Part shown: positions 1-8,531 of the stretch, in pieces
Layout: every line of letters starts with the position of its first letter
Numbering within the stretch: position 1 is the stretch's first letter
Assembly (NCBI RefSeq): GCF_004296955.1
Contig: NZ_SCVB01000055.1
Direction: 5' to 3' (one strand)
Length of the DNA stretch: 64,000 nt
Source: Brevundimonas sp.
GTDB taxonomy: Bacteria > Pseudomonadota > Alphaproteobacteria > Caulobacterales > Caulobacteraceae
Notes under the pieces: generated by a model
Databases searched by the model: none
What the model was told of the DNA's origin: nothing
What the model saw: the letters and a program-made list of their open reading frames with translations, nothing else
Program-made: the position numbers and the translations under genes

Positions 1-819
1 TCGTCGATCCTGTCGGACGATCTGGCGGAAGCCATCTACGACGCCATCGAGGACAAGGCGGTCAAGGCCATCGTTTTCCGCGTTTCCTCGCCCGGCGGCT
101 CGCCGGAGGCCTCGGAGCAGATCCTGGCGGCGGTGCGCGCGGCCAAGGCGGCGGGCAAGCCGGTGGTGGTGTCCATGGGCGACTATGCGGCCTCGGGCGG
201 CTACTGGATCAGTTCGGAAGCCGACTGGATCGTGGCCCAGCCCTCGACCCTGACCGGTTCGATCGGGGTGTTCGGCGGCAAATTCGTGCTGGCCGACGCG
301 CTCGGCCGGTTCGGCGTCGACATGCGCAACCTGTCGATCGGCGGCGACTACGCCGACTCCTTCTCGCCCTCGCAGGACTTCACTCCGGCCCAGCGCGCCG
401 CCTTCGCGGCCCAGATCGACCGGACCTATGAAGAGTTCATCGCCCGCGTCGCGGCCGGGCGCCGCCTGCCGCCGGCCCGGGTGCGCGAGATCGCCCGCGG
501 CCGGGTCTGGACCGGCGCCCAGGCGCGGCAGATCGGCCTGGTCGACCAGCTGGGCGGGCTGGAGGAGGCCGTGGCCAAGGCGCGCGAGCTGGCCCGCATC
601 CCCGCCGGGGATTCGGTGCGCTTCAAACGCTATCCGGAGGCCAAGTCGCCGTTCGAGGCCCTGTCCAGCGCCTTCGGCGTCTCGGGCGAGGCGGCGCGGG
701 TTCTGGTCGGCATCGGCGGGGTCATGAACGACCCGGCCGCAGAGGCGACCGTTCGCCGCATCCAGACCGACCGGGCCCGGGCCTCGGGCGCGTCCGTGCT
801 GGCGGATCAGCCCTATTGA
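1..819 (+). CDS. sppA: Signal peptide peptidase SppA (S49), 5'-truncated by window edge
   Basis: Frame open from base 1 (…VFRVSSPGGSPEAS…); motifs SMGDYAASGGYW, TGSIGV, GRVWTGAQA, GLVDQLGG. Confidence 0.93.
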   Translation, partial: SSILSDDLAEAIYDAIEDKAVKAIVFRVSSPGGSPEASEQILAAVRAAKAAGKPVVVSMGDYAASGGYWISSEADWIVAQPSTLTGSIGVFGGKFVLADALGRFGVDMRNLSIGGDYADSFSPSQDFTPAQRAAFAAQIDRTYEEFIARVAAGRRLPPARVREIARGRVWTGAQARQIGLVDQLGGLEEAVAKARELARIPAGDSVRFKRYPEAKSPFEALSSAFGVSGEAARVLVGIGGVMNDPAAEATVRRIQTDRARASGASVLADQPY

Positions 820-936
820 GCCTGCGGCGCGCGCCCCGGAACACTCGCCTGTGAAGGGGCCGGTCATTGACCGTTCACCCGAGTGGACCGACATTGAGCG
901 TTCGGCGTTGTTTCCAGCGTCTGTGAAGGTGTTTTG

Positions 937-1266
937 ATGACCGAGTCCGACCGTCTGACCTTCGGCCCCGGCAACGGGGCGGGCGCGCGACGCCCGTCGA
1001 ACGGCCTGCGGGAGTCCGTCATGTGGCTGGGCGGCGTCATCGCGACGGTCGCGGCCATGGCCGTCGGCGCGGTGCTGGCGGTCTTCACCGCCGTGGCCGT
1101 GGCGGTCATCGCCCTGTTCGCGGCCGTGCTCGTCTTCTTCGCCGGCCTGGCCATGGGCGCGCGTCGCAAGGCGGTGATCCGCACCCGCCGCGGCGACGAC
1201 GTCATCGAGGCCCGCAAGGTCGACGGCGCCTGGGTCGCCTATGGCTGGGAGCGGCCGGGCCGGTAA
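937..1266 (+). CDS. Small hypothetical membrane protein
   Basis: Long hydrophobic stretch followed by a C-terminal 'VIEARKVDGAWVAYGW' motif; ATG at 937 preferred over TTG 934. Confidence 0.7.
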   Translation: MTESDRLTFGPGNGAGARRPSNGLRESVMWLGGVIATVAAMAVGAVLAVFTAVAVAVIALFAAVLVFFAGLAMGARRKAVIRTRRGDDVIEARKVDGAWVAYGWERPGR

Positions 1267-1274
1267 GACGCGCC

Positions 1275-2036
1275 GTGCTGACCGTGAAGGACGCCCCGTC
1301 CCCCAATTTCGACGCCCGCCGCGGCCCGCCCGACATGCTGGTGCTGCACTATACCGGCATGCGCACCGCCGATGAGGCGGTGGCCCGGCTGCGCGATCCC
1401 GAAGCCAGGGTCTCGGCCCACTATGTCGTCGACGAGGACGGCTCGATCCTGCGGCTGGTGGCCGAGGAGCGCCGCGCCTGGCACGCGGGCAAGGGCGGCT
1501 GGCAGGGCGAGACGGACTGCAACGCCGCCTCGATCGGCATCGAGATCGTCAATCCGGGCCATGAGTTCGGTTATCGCGACTTCCCCGAGGTCCAGATCGA
1601 CGCCGTGATCAGCCTGGTCAGCGACATCCGCACCCGCTGGACCATCCCCGACGCCCGCATCATCGGCCATTCCGACTTGGCACCCGAGCGCAAACAGGAC
1701 CCCGGCGAGCGGTTTCCGTGGAAGCGGCTGGCCTCGGTCGGACACGGCCTGTGGTTCGAGCCCGCGCCCGAGCGGATCGCGGCCTTGGGCGCGCCGCTGG
1801 GCGTCGGCGACGAGGGTCTGGGCGTGATCGTCCTGCGCGCCGGCCTGCACCGGCTGGGCTACGCCCTGACCCCGGGCGGTGAATATGACGCGGCGACCCG
1901 GCTGACCGTGGAGGCCTTCCAGCGCCACTGGCGGCCGGGGCAGGTGGACGGGATCGCCGACGGCGAGACGCGGGCCACCCTGATGGGCGTGCTCCAGCTG
2001 GCGACGGCGGAGAGCGTGACGGGCGTGTTGAACTAG
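1275..2036 (+). CDS. N-acetylmuramoyl-L-alanine amidase (Amidase_2, AmpD/AmiD-like) with C-terminal peptidoglycan-binding domain
   Basis: LVLHYT, VSAHY, RAWHAG, SIGIE, IIGHSD…RKQDPG, AFQRH motifs; GTG start at 1275 (track start 1023 is a GC-rich extension). Confidence 0.92.
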   Translation: MLTVKDAPSPNFDARRGPPDMLVLHYTGMRTADEAVARLRDPEARVSAHYVVDEDGSILRLVAEERRAWHAGKGGWQGETDCNAASIGIEIVNPGHEFGYRDFPEVQIDAVISLVSDIRTRWTIPDARIIGHSDLAPERKQDPGERFPWKRLASVGHGLWFEPAPERIAALGAPLGVGDEGLGVIVLRAGLHRLGYALTPGGEYDAATRLTVEAFQRHWRPGQVDGIADGETRATLMGVLQLATAESVTGVLN

Positions 2037-2123
2037 AGGAAAACGTTCTCCCTCCCCCGAAGTGGGGAGGGACGGCGAGCCGTCAGGCGAGCCCGGGTGG
2101 GGAATTCCGCCGCTTGCGCTGTA

Positions 2124-2152
2124 TTGATAAAAACAGCCAAAGATTGTATAGT
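2124..2152 (+). promoter_or_regulatory. Sigma70-type promoter of the DUF559 gene
   Basis: TTGATA(2124-2129)-N17-TATAGT(2147-2152) in an AT-rich patch. Confidence 0.7.
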
Positions 2153-2172
2153 ATATGCAATCGGAGGAAGCT

Positions 2173-2553
2173 GTGGATTCTGCAGTCGAAAGGGCGCGCG
2201 CCATGCGAAAGGCGATGACGCCGCCCGAGTTGAGGCTCTGGAAATCACTGCGGCGGCTGCGCGCCGAGGGCCGACATTTCCGACGGCAGACGCCTTTTCG
2301 GGGCTATTTTCTGGACTTTGTTTGCCATCGGAGCCGGCTGGTGATCGAGGTCGATGGACAGATGCATGAGCATCGCGCGGAGCATGACCGGACCCGTGAC
2401 GCCGTGCTTCTTCGACAAGGCTACCGCACCCTGCGCTTCACCAACGAGGCGGTGCGGGATCACATCGACTGGGTGATGGACCGGATCAGGACCGAGCTTG
2501 CCGCCGGCATACCCCACCCGGGCTCGGCTTCGCCTCGCCGTCCCTCCCCATGA
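2173..2553 (+). CDS. DUF559 endonuclease-domain protein (Vsr/PD-(D/E)XK-like)
   Basis: RARAMRKAMTPPELRLW, HFRRQ, LDFVC, LVIEVDGQMH, D..RD..L…GY..LRF; GTG 2173 follows GGAGG (ATG 2155 lies upstream of the likely TSS). Confidence 0.88.
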   Translation: MDSAVERARAMRKAMTPPELRLWKSLRRLRAEGRHFRRQTPFRGYFLDFVCHRSRLVIEVDGQMHEHRAEHDRTRDAVLLRQGYRTLRFTNEAVRDHIDWVMDRIRTELAAGIPHPGSASPRRPSP

Positions 2554-2603
2554 AGGGGAGGGAGAACGTTGACGCCGTCTCCCGAAAAGCCCACCTAGCC
2601 CCC

Positions 2604-2977
2604 GTCAGACGGCCGGGCGGTCGCGGCGGGGGCTTGCTCCGTCGAGGAAAGTCCGGGCTCCACGGTGAAGAGGCGGCGGGCAACACCCGCCCGGGGCGAC
2701 CCGAGGGATAGCGCCACAGAAAGCAAACCTCCGGCCTTGCGAGGCCGGTAAGGGTGAAAGGGTGGGGTAAGAGCCCACCGCGTGCCTGGCAACAGGGACG
2801 GCATGGCAAGCCCCGCCTGGAGCAAGACCGAATAGGGATGTCGCGCGGCTTCGGCCGCAGGGTTCACCGCCCGAGGCGTCCGGGTAGGTCGCGAGAACCA
2901 TCCGGCGACGGGTGGTCCAGAGGAATGATCGTCACCGCTTTCGGGCGGTACAGAACCCGGCTTACAGGCCGTCTGAC
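2604..2977 (+). ncRNA. rnpB: RNase P RNA (type A)
   Basis: GAGGAAAGTCCGGGCTCC, AGCGCCACAGAAA, GGTAAGGGTGAAAGGGTGGGGTAAGAGCCCACC, ACAGAACCCGGCTTA; P1 ends GTCAGACGGCC/GGCCGTCTGAC. Confidence 0.98.
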
Positions 2978-3039
2978 ATTATTTTTGGGGCGCTAACGTT
3001 CGCGACGCGGTCGCTCACTGCTTGAGCGCTGCCTGGGCG

Positions 3040-3216
3040 CTAGAAGCGCTTGCGGGCCTTGTCGGCGGCGTCGATCAGCCGGAGGCCGGAGATCTCGGCC
3101 GCGTCCGCCGTCAGATCCATGGCGGCTTCCGGCGGGTCCTTGACGACCACCGCCCCGTCGACGGCCCGGGGGGACATCGGCTTGGTCGGGTCAGAGGGAA
3201 CAGGCTTGTCTGGCAT
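3040..3216 (-). CDS. 58-aa small protein absent from the ORF track
   Basis: MPDKPVPSDPTKPMSPRAVDGAVVVKDPPEAAMDLTADAAEISGLRLIDAADKARKRF*; host-like codons; GGAAC-N16-GGTT promoter just upstream. Confidence 0.7.
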   Translation of the reverse strand: MPDKPVPSDPTKPMSPRAVDGAVVVKDPPEAAMDLTADAAEISGLRLIDAADKARKRF

Positions 3217-3348
3217 GGCTGCAAAACCCGCACCGCAGGCGAGAGTTCCGCGAGACGGGGAGGCCGTCGTGGCGAACCGCCCGCGCCGTTAACCCTTTGG
3301 CCCGTATTGCGGCGCAGGATTGGTCCACAGCCTGTTTATACTATCGAT

Positions 3349-3363
3349 GTTCTGTGTATGTTC
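3349..3363 (+). promoter_or_regulatory. Alphaproteobacterial LexA box
   Basis: Exact GTTC-tgtgtat-GTTC, 6 nt after TATACT (3337-3342). Confidence 0.6.
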
Positions 3364-3414
3364 ACGGCGTTACAGGCGGGTTCGCCGCATTTCAGGTTAA
3401 CCGGCGTCAACTAA

Positions 3415-3450
3415 TCCCATTGAGACCCATTTCATCCCATGCTATCCCAG
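3415..3450. promoter_or_regulatory. MraZ operator (four CCCA repeats at 10-bp period)
   Basis: CCCA at 3416, 3426, 3436 and 3446, i.e. TGGG repeats on the minus strand, upstream of mraZ. Confidence 0.8.
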
Positions 3451-3534
3451 ACGCTTGGCGCGGGGTTGGTTTGCGCCGCGTGATGTTCACGGGGATCAGA
3501 GGGGCGGATCGAAGGATCCGAGTTGGGGCAGGGC

Positions 3535-3969
3535 GTGTTTCTCTCGACCTACGAGAAACAGTTGGACGGGAAGCGACGCCTGCTGATCCCGCAGGAGTTC
3601 CGCACCGCCGACAATGGCGCCGAGCACGGCGTCTTCTGCTTCTTCGCCCTCGCCGACGATTGTCTTGAAGCCGGCGGCGACCGGCTGATGGCCGAATATG
3701 TCGCCCGGATCGAGGCCCTGCCGTTCGGCAGCGACAAGCGCACCGCCCTGGAAGAGACCTTCTACGCCGGCCAGCGCCCGCTGTCGTATGACGGCGGCGG
3801 CCGCATCACCCTGCCGGAAAGCCTGTGTCAGGACGCCGGCCTGGGCGAGGATGTGGTCATCGTCGGCCTCGGGCCGCGCTTCCAGATCTGGGATCGGGCG
3901 CGCTGGAAGGCCCGTCTCGGCGGGCGCCGCGCCCTCGCCCGCCAGGTCATGAACGGGGAGGAGGCATGA
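3535..3969 (+). CDS. mraZ: Division/cell wall cluster transcriptional repressor MraZ
   Basis: [17 protein letters not shown] and D..GRI.LP repeats; first gene of dcw cluster; GTG start. Confidence 0.95.
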   Translation: MFLSTYEKQLDGKRRLLIPQEFRTADNGAEHGVFCFFALADDCLEAGGDRLMAEYVARIEALPFGSDKRTALEETFYAGQRPLSYDGGGRITLPESLCQDAGLGEDVVIVGLGPRFQIWDRARWKARLGGRRALARQVMNGEEA

Positions 3970-4931
3970 CCGCGCCCCACGCCCCCGTGCTGCTGACTGA
4001 GGTGCTGGAAGCCTTGGCCCCCCGCGCCGGCGACGTAATCATCGACGCCACCTTCGGCGCCGGCGGCTATACCCGCGCCATCCTCGCGACCGGGGCGACG
4101 GTCATCGCCCTGGACCGCGACCCGACGGTGCAGCCGTACGCCGACGCCGTGGCCAACGACTATCCGGGCAAATTCCGGCTGGTTCGCACGCCCTTCTCGG
4201 GTCTCGCCCAGGCCTTCGCCGACAGCGGCGAAGCGCGGCTGGACGGGGTGGTGTTCGACATCGGCGTCTCGTCGATGCAGCTGGACCAGGCCGAGCGCGG
4301 CTTCTCCTTCATGCGCGACGGGCCGCTGGACATGCGGATGTCGGAGGAGGGCGAGACCGCCGCCGACATCGTCAACGGCTGGGACCACGGCCCGCTGGCC
4401 CATATCTTCAAACTGTACGGCGACGAGCGCCAGTCGGGCCGGGTGGCCACGGCCATCCTGCGCCGCCGGGCCGAGCGGCCGTTCGAGCGGACCCTCGATC
4501 TGGCCGAGGTGGTCGAGAAGGCCCTGGGCGGACGTCGCGGCGCGCCGATCCATCCGGCCACGCGGGTGTTCCAGGCCCTGCGCATCGCCGTCAACGACGA
4601 GCTGGGCGAACTGCGCGCCGGGCTGGAGGCGGCCGAGGCGGCGCTGTCTCCCGGAGGCCGGCTGGCGGTGGTCACCTTCCATTCGCTGGAGGACCGCATC
4701 GTCAAGGCGTTCCTGACCGAGCGGACCGGCAACGCCCCCGGCGGCTCGCGCCATGCGCCGGTCGCGGTCGAGACCCGCAAGCCCAGCTTCACCCTGTCCT
4801 TCAAGGGCGCGCGCGAGGCCGGCGAGGCGGAGCGGGCGGACAATCCCCGCGCCCGGTCGGCCAAGCTGCGCGCCGCGGTGCGCACCGACGCCGCTCCCTG
4901 GGGCGCCTTCGGGGGGAGGATCGCCGCATGA
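3966..4931 (+). CDS. rsmH: 16S rRNA m4C1402 methyltransferase
   Basis: [57 protein letters not shown]. Confidence 0.98.
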   Translation: MTAPHAPVLLTEVLEALAPRAGDVIIDATFGAGGYTRAILATGATVIALDRDPTVQPYADAVANDYPGKFRLVRTPFSGLAQAFADSGEARLDGVVFDIGVSSMQLDQAERGFSFMRDGPLDMRMSEEGETAADIVNGWDHGPLAHIFKLYGDERQSGRVATAILRRRAERPFERTLDLAEVVEKALGGRRGAPIHPATRVFQALRIAVNDELGELRAGLEAAEAALSPGGRLAVVTFHSLEDRIVKAFLTERTGNAPGGSRHAPVAVETRKPSFTLSFKGAREAGEAERADNPRARSAKLRAAVRTDAAPWGAFGGRIAA

Positions 4932-5332
4932 GCCCGGCCCTCGCCGCCGTGAACCGGCTCTACGCCTGGAAGATCCGCGGGGTCCGCTGGATCGAGATCA
5001 TCGGCGTCCTGCTGGTCGCGGCCATGGTCTTCTCGGTCTATCTGGCCAAGGCGGCGGCGGCCCGCGAGAGCGCGCGCATCTCCGACCTCGAGCGCCAGAT
5101 CAGCGACAACGGCCAGCGGGTCCGCCTGCTGCGCGCCGAGGTCGCCCGGCTGGAACGGCCCAACCGGCTTGAGGCCCTGTCGCGCGGCGCGGGCCTGGGT
5201 CCGGTCGACGTCCACCGCCAGGCCACCGCCGAGAGCTTGCCCGACCTCGCCCCCATCCCCGAGCCGAGGCCGGTGATCGTCGCCCCGACGCCCGCCCAGC
5301 CGTCCGCGCCCGCCGTGGAGGTCGAGCAATGA
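4928..5332 (+). CDS. ftsL: Cell division protein FtsL
   Basis: Single TM helix, coiled coil and '[10 protein letters not shown]'; position between rsmH and ftsI. Confidence 0.85.
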   Translation: MSPALAAVNRLYAWKIRGVRWIEIIGVLLVAAMVFSVYLAKAAAARESARISDLERQISDNGQRVRLLRAEVARLERPNRLEALSRGAGLGPVDVHRQATAESLPDLAPIPEPRPVIVAPTPAQPSAPAVEVEQ

Positions 5333-7065
5333 GCGCCCACGACCCGCATGCGGGCCCGCGGCCGGTCGCGTCCTGGGGCGTGCGCCGCTTCACGCCGTCG
5401 TGGCGCTGGCTGACCGAGGCCATGTGGTGGGTCGAGCACGCCTTCGGCCGCGCCCACGCCGACGCCCGGCCCGAGGAGGACACCCGGGTCCGCATCTTCG
5501 TCATCCTGTCGGTCTTTTCGGCGGTGTTCGTCTGCCTGACGCTGGGCGCGGTGCATGCGGCCCTGCTGACCGCCGGCGCCGGCGGCGCCGGTTCGAGCCA
5601 TCCCAATGCGGTGGTTCGCGCCGATCTGGTCGATCGCAACGGCGCCCTGCTGGCCACCAACATCGTCCACTACGGCCTCTATATCGACCCGGCCCAGGTC
5701 TGGGACCGCCCGGCGGCGGCGGCGCAGATCCGGCGCGCCCTGCCGCGGGTCTCGAAGGCCCGGCTGGAGGCCGCCCTGTACGGCGACCGCCGCCTGCTGG
5801 TGGTCAACCGTCTGACCCCGCGCGAGAAGGTGGCGATCCACAACCTCGCACTGGGCGGCGTCAGTTTCGAGCCCGAGGACGTGCGCGTCCAGCCGCTGGG
5901 CGAGTCGGCGCGCCATGTGATCGGCAATGTCGACACCGGCGGCGTCGGCCTGTCCGCGGCCGAGCGCGCATTCAACGACGAGATTCGCGCCGCCGGGGCG
6001 CGGGGCGAGAGCTTCCAGATCTCCATCGACCTGCGCGTCCAGGGCGTGCTGGAGAATGAACTGGCCGCCGCCGCCGAGGCGACCCAGGCCAAGGGCGCCG
6101 TCGGCATCATCACCGACGTGCAGACCGGCGAGGTCCTGGGCATGGCCAGCTGGCCGGCGTCCAACTCGCGCAACCTGGCTGCCGCCGCCACCTATGAGAT
6201 GGGCTCGGTGTTCAAGACCTTCACCGTCGCCGCCGCCATCGACACCGGCCGGGCCGACATGAACACCCTGCTGGACGCCTCGGAGGCGCTGCAGATCGGC
6301 AGCCGGCGGATCACCGACTTCCACGCCCAGAACAAGGTGATGACGCTGGAGGAGGTGTATCTGCACTCGTCCAACATCGGCACCTCCCTGCTGGCGACCC
6401 AGATGGGCCCGCGGGTGATGCGCGACTATTTCGGCCGCTTCGGCCTGCTGGACGAGGCCCCGTTCGAATTCCCGTCGGAAAATCCCATCACGCCCCGCGA
6501 CTGGTCGGACTCGACCCTGGCCTCGCTGTCGTTCGGCTATGGCGTCTCGGTCACTCCGCTGCAGGTTGCGGCGGCCATGGCCGCGCTGACCAACGGCGGA
6601 CGCTACATCCCGCTGACCCTGCGCAAGGGCGGTTTGCCGAATGCGCCGGTGCGCCAGGTGGTCTCGCCGGAGACCTCGCGGGTCATGCTCGACCTGCTGC
6701 GCCGCAATGTGGTGCGCGGTTCGGGCGGGCGGGCCGAGGCGCCGGGCCTGCGCGTCGGCGGCAAGACCGGCTCGGCCAACAAGTCGGTCAACGGCCGCTA
6801 CAGCACGGCCCATGCGGTCGGCACCTTCGCCGCCGTCTTCCCCGCCGACGGCCCGGTCAACGCCCGCCGCTACCAGATCCTGGTGCTGATCGACGAGCCC
6901 CAGACCTATCCGCGCACCGGCGGCTTCGTCGCCGCCCCGGCGGTGGGACGCATCGCCGACCGCATCGCGGGTTTCCTCGGCGTCGCGCGCCGCGCCGACC
7001 CCTATCGCACCGCCCTGGGCGATCGCATCCCGGCCTTCGAGGACCTGGAAGGCGACGGCCGATGA
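5329..7065 (+). CDS. ftsI: Penicillin-binding protein 3 transpeptidase
   Basis: DLVDRNG, YEMGSVFK (SxxK), SSNIG (SxN), GGKTG. Confidence 0.96.
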   Translation: MSAHDPHAGPRPVASWGVRRFTPSWRWLTEAMWWVEHAFGRAHADARPEEDTRVRIFVILSVFSAVFVCLTLGAVHAALLTAGAGGAGSSHPNAVVRADLVDRNGALLATNIVHYGLYIDPAQVWDRPAAAAQIRRALPRVSKARLEAALYGDRRLLVVNRLTPREKVAIHNLALGGVSFEPEDVRVQPLGESARHVIGNVDTGGVGLSAAERAFNDEIRAAGARGESFQISIDLRVQGVLENELAAAAEATQAKGAVGIITDVQTGEVLGMASWPASNSRNLAAAATYEMGSVFKTFTVAAAIDTGRADMNTLLDASEALQIGSRRITDFHAQNKVMTLEEVYLHSSNIGTSLLATQMGPRVMRDYFGRFGLLDEAPFEFPSENPITPRDWSDSTLASLSFGYGVSVTPLQVAAAMAALTNGGRYIPLTLRKGGLPNAPVRQVVSPETSRVMLDLLRRNVVRGSGGRAEAPGLRVGGKTGSANKSVNGRYSTAHAVGTFAAVFPADGPVNARRYQILVLIDEPQTYPRTGGFVAAPAVGRIADRIAGFLGVARRADPYRTALGDRIPAFEDLEGDGR

Positions 7066-8531
7066 GCGCGACCCGGCCCGCCCCGATCAAGCTGTCGGAA
7101 CTGCTCCGGCGCGACGTGGCCGCCGATCCGATGATCACCGGCGTCACGGCCGACAGCCGCAAGGTCGCGCCGGGGTCGCTGTTCGTGGCCCTGCCGGGCA
7201 ACGCCGCCGACGGCCGCGCCTTCATCCCCCAGGCCCTGTCGCAGGGCGCCGCCGCCATCCTCGCGCCGGCGGACACCGATGCGCGCCTGGCCCCGCTGCT
7301 GGTCACCTCGGGCGACGTGCGCCGCGCCTACGCCATCGCCGCGCGGGGCTTCTACGGATCCCAGCCGGCGACCTGCGTCGCCGTCACCGGCACCAACGGC
7401 AAGACCTCGGTCGCGGCCTTCTGCCGCCAGATCTGGGCGTCGCTCGGCCTGCACGCAGCGAGCATGGGCACCCTCGGGGTTTTGGCGCAAAACGGTAACG
7501 TTAACCGCGAGTTGACAGGACCCGGCCTGACCAGCCCCGACGCCGCCGACGCCGCCCGGATGCTGGCCGACCTGGCCGAAAGCGGCGTCACCCATCTGGC
7601 GCTGGAGGCCTCGTCGCACGGCATCGACCAGCGCCGGCTGGACGGGGTCACCCTGCAGGCGGCGGCCTTCACCAATCTGAGCCAGGACCATCTCGACTAT
7701 CACGGCGACATGGCGGCCTATCGCGACGCCAAGCTGCGCCTGTTCGACACCCTGCTGCCGCGCGGCCGCACGGCCGTGCTGAACGCCGACTCGGACGCCT
7801 ATTCCAGCTTCGCGGCGGCCTCGATCATGTCGGGGCTGGGCGTCATGGCCGTGGGCGAGCGCGGCCGGGACCTGGCGCTGATCGCCCGCCGGGCCGTGCC
7901 CGAGGGCCAGCGCCTGACCCTCGACGTGCGCGGGGACCTGCATGAGGTGCTGCTGCCGCTGGCCGGGGCCTTCCAGGCCTCCAACGCCCTCGTCGCCGCC
8001 GGCCTGTGTATCGCCGCCGGCGAGACGCCCGCACGGGTGCTGGCCGCGCTGGAGACGATCACCGGCGCGCCTGGGCGGCTGCAGCGCATTCCCGGAAGCG
8101 GACGCGGCGAGGTCTATGTCGACTACGCCCATACGCCCGACGGGCTGGAGACGGTGCTCAAGGCCCTGCGCCCGCATGCGACGGGGCGGCTGATCGTGGT
8201 GTTCGGCGCCGGCGGCGACCGCGACAGGGCCAAGCGGCCGATGATGGGCGAGATCGCCGGGCGGCTGGCGGACGTGGCCATCGTCACCGACGACAATCCC
8301 CGCTCCGAGGACCCCGCCGTGATCCGCAAGGCGGTCCGGAAGGGCTGCCCGGCCGCGCAGGAGATCGGCGACCGCCGCGTCGCCATCCGCGAGGCGATCG
8401 AAATGATGGGCGACGGAGATGTGGTGATCATCGCCGGAAAAGGGCATGAGCAGGGACAGATCGTCGGCGGGGCCACCCATCCGTTCGACGACGCCACCGA
8501 AGCCGCCGAAGCCCTCCGCCTCCATGCCTGA
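7062..8531 (+). CDS. murE: UDP-MurNAc-tripeptide synthetase
   Basis: VTGTNGKTS, LEASSHG, FTNLSQDHLDYH, DYAHTPDG, DDNPRSED, AGKGHE. Confidence 0.98.
   Translation: MSATRPAPIKLSELLRRDVAADPMITGVTADSRKVAPGSLFVALPGNAADGRAFIPQALSQGAAAILAPADTDARLAPLLVTSGDVRRAYAIAARGFYGSQPATCVAVTGTNGKTSVAAFCRQIWASLGLHAASMGTLGVLAQNGNVNRELTGPGLTSPDAADAARMLADLAESGVTHLALEASSHGIDQRRLDGVTLQAAAFTNLSQDHLDYHGDMAAYRDAKLRLFDTLLPRGRTAVLNADSDAYSSFAAASIMSGLGVMAVGERGRDLALIARRAVPEGQRLTLDVRGDLHEVLLPLAGAFQASNALVAAGLCIAAGETPARVLAALETITGAPGRLQRIPGSGRGEVYVDYAHTPDGLETVLKALRPHATGRLIVVFGAGGDRDRAKRPMMGEIAGRLADVAIVTDDNPRSEDPAVIRKAVRKGCPAAQEIGDRRVAIREAIEMMGDGDVVIIAGKGHEQGQIVGGATHPFDDATEAAEALRLHA

Larger units (their letters stand above)
2042..2570. 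mobile_element. Inverted-repeat-bounded mini-element carrying a DUF559 nuclease gene
   Basis: Imperfect inverted repeats 2042-2102 and 2512-2570, both ending in AACGTT, enclose one promoter and one ORF; mobility is inferred. Confidence 0.65.

Noticed and set aside
2119-2136. E. coli-type SOS box in the DUF559 promoter
   Set aside because: CTGT-N10-ACAG has the wrong spacing, and Alphaproteobacteria use GTTC-N7-GTTC
2486-2996. Several ORFs across 2.5-3.0 kb
   Set aside because: They overlap rnpB, which explains the sequence
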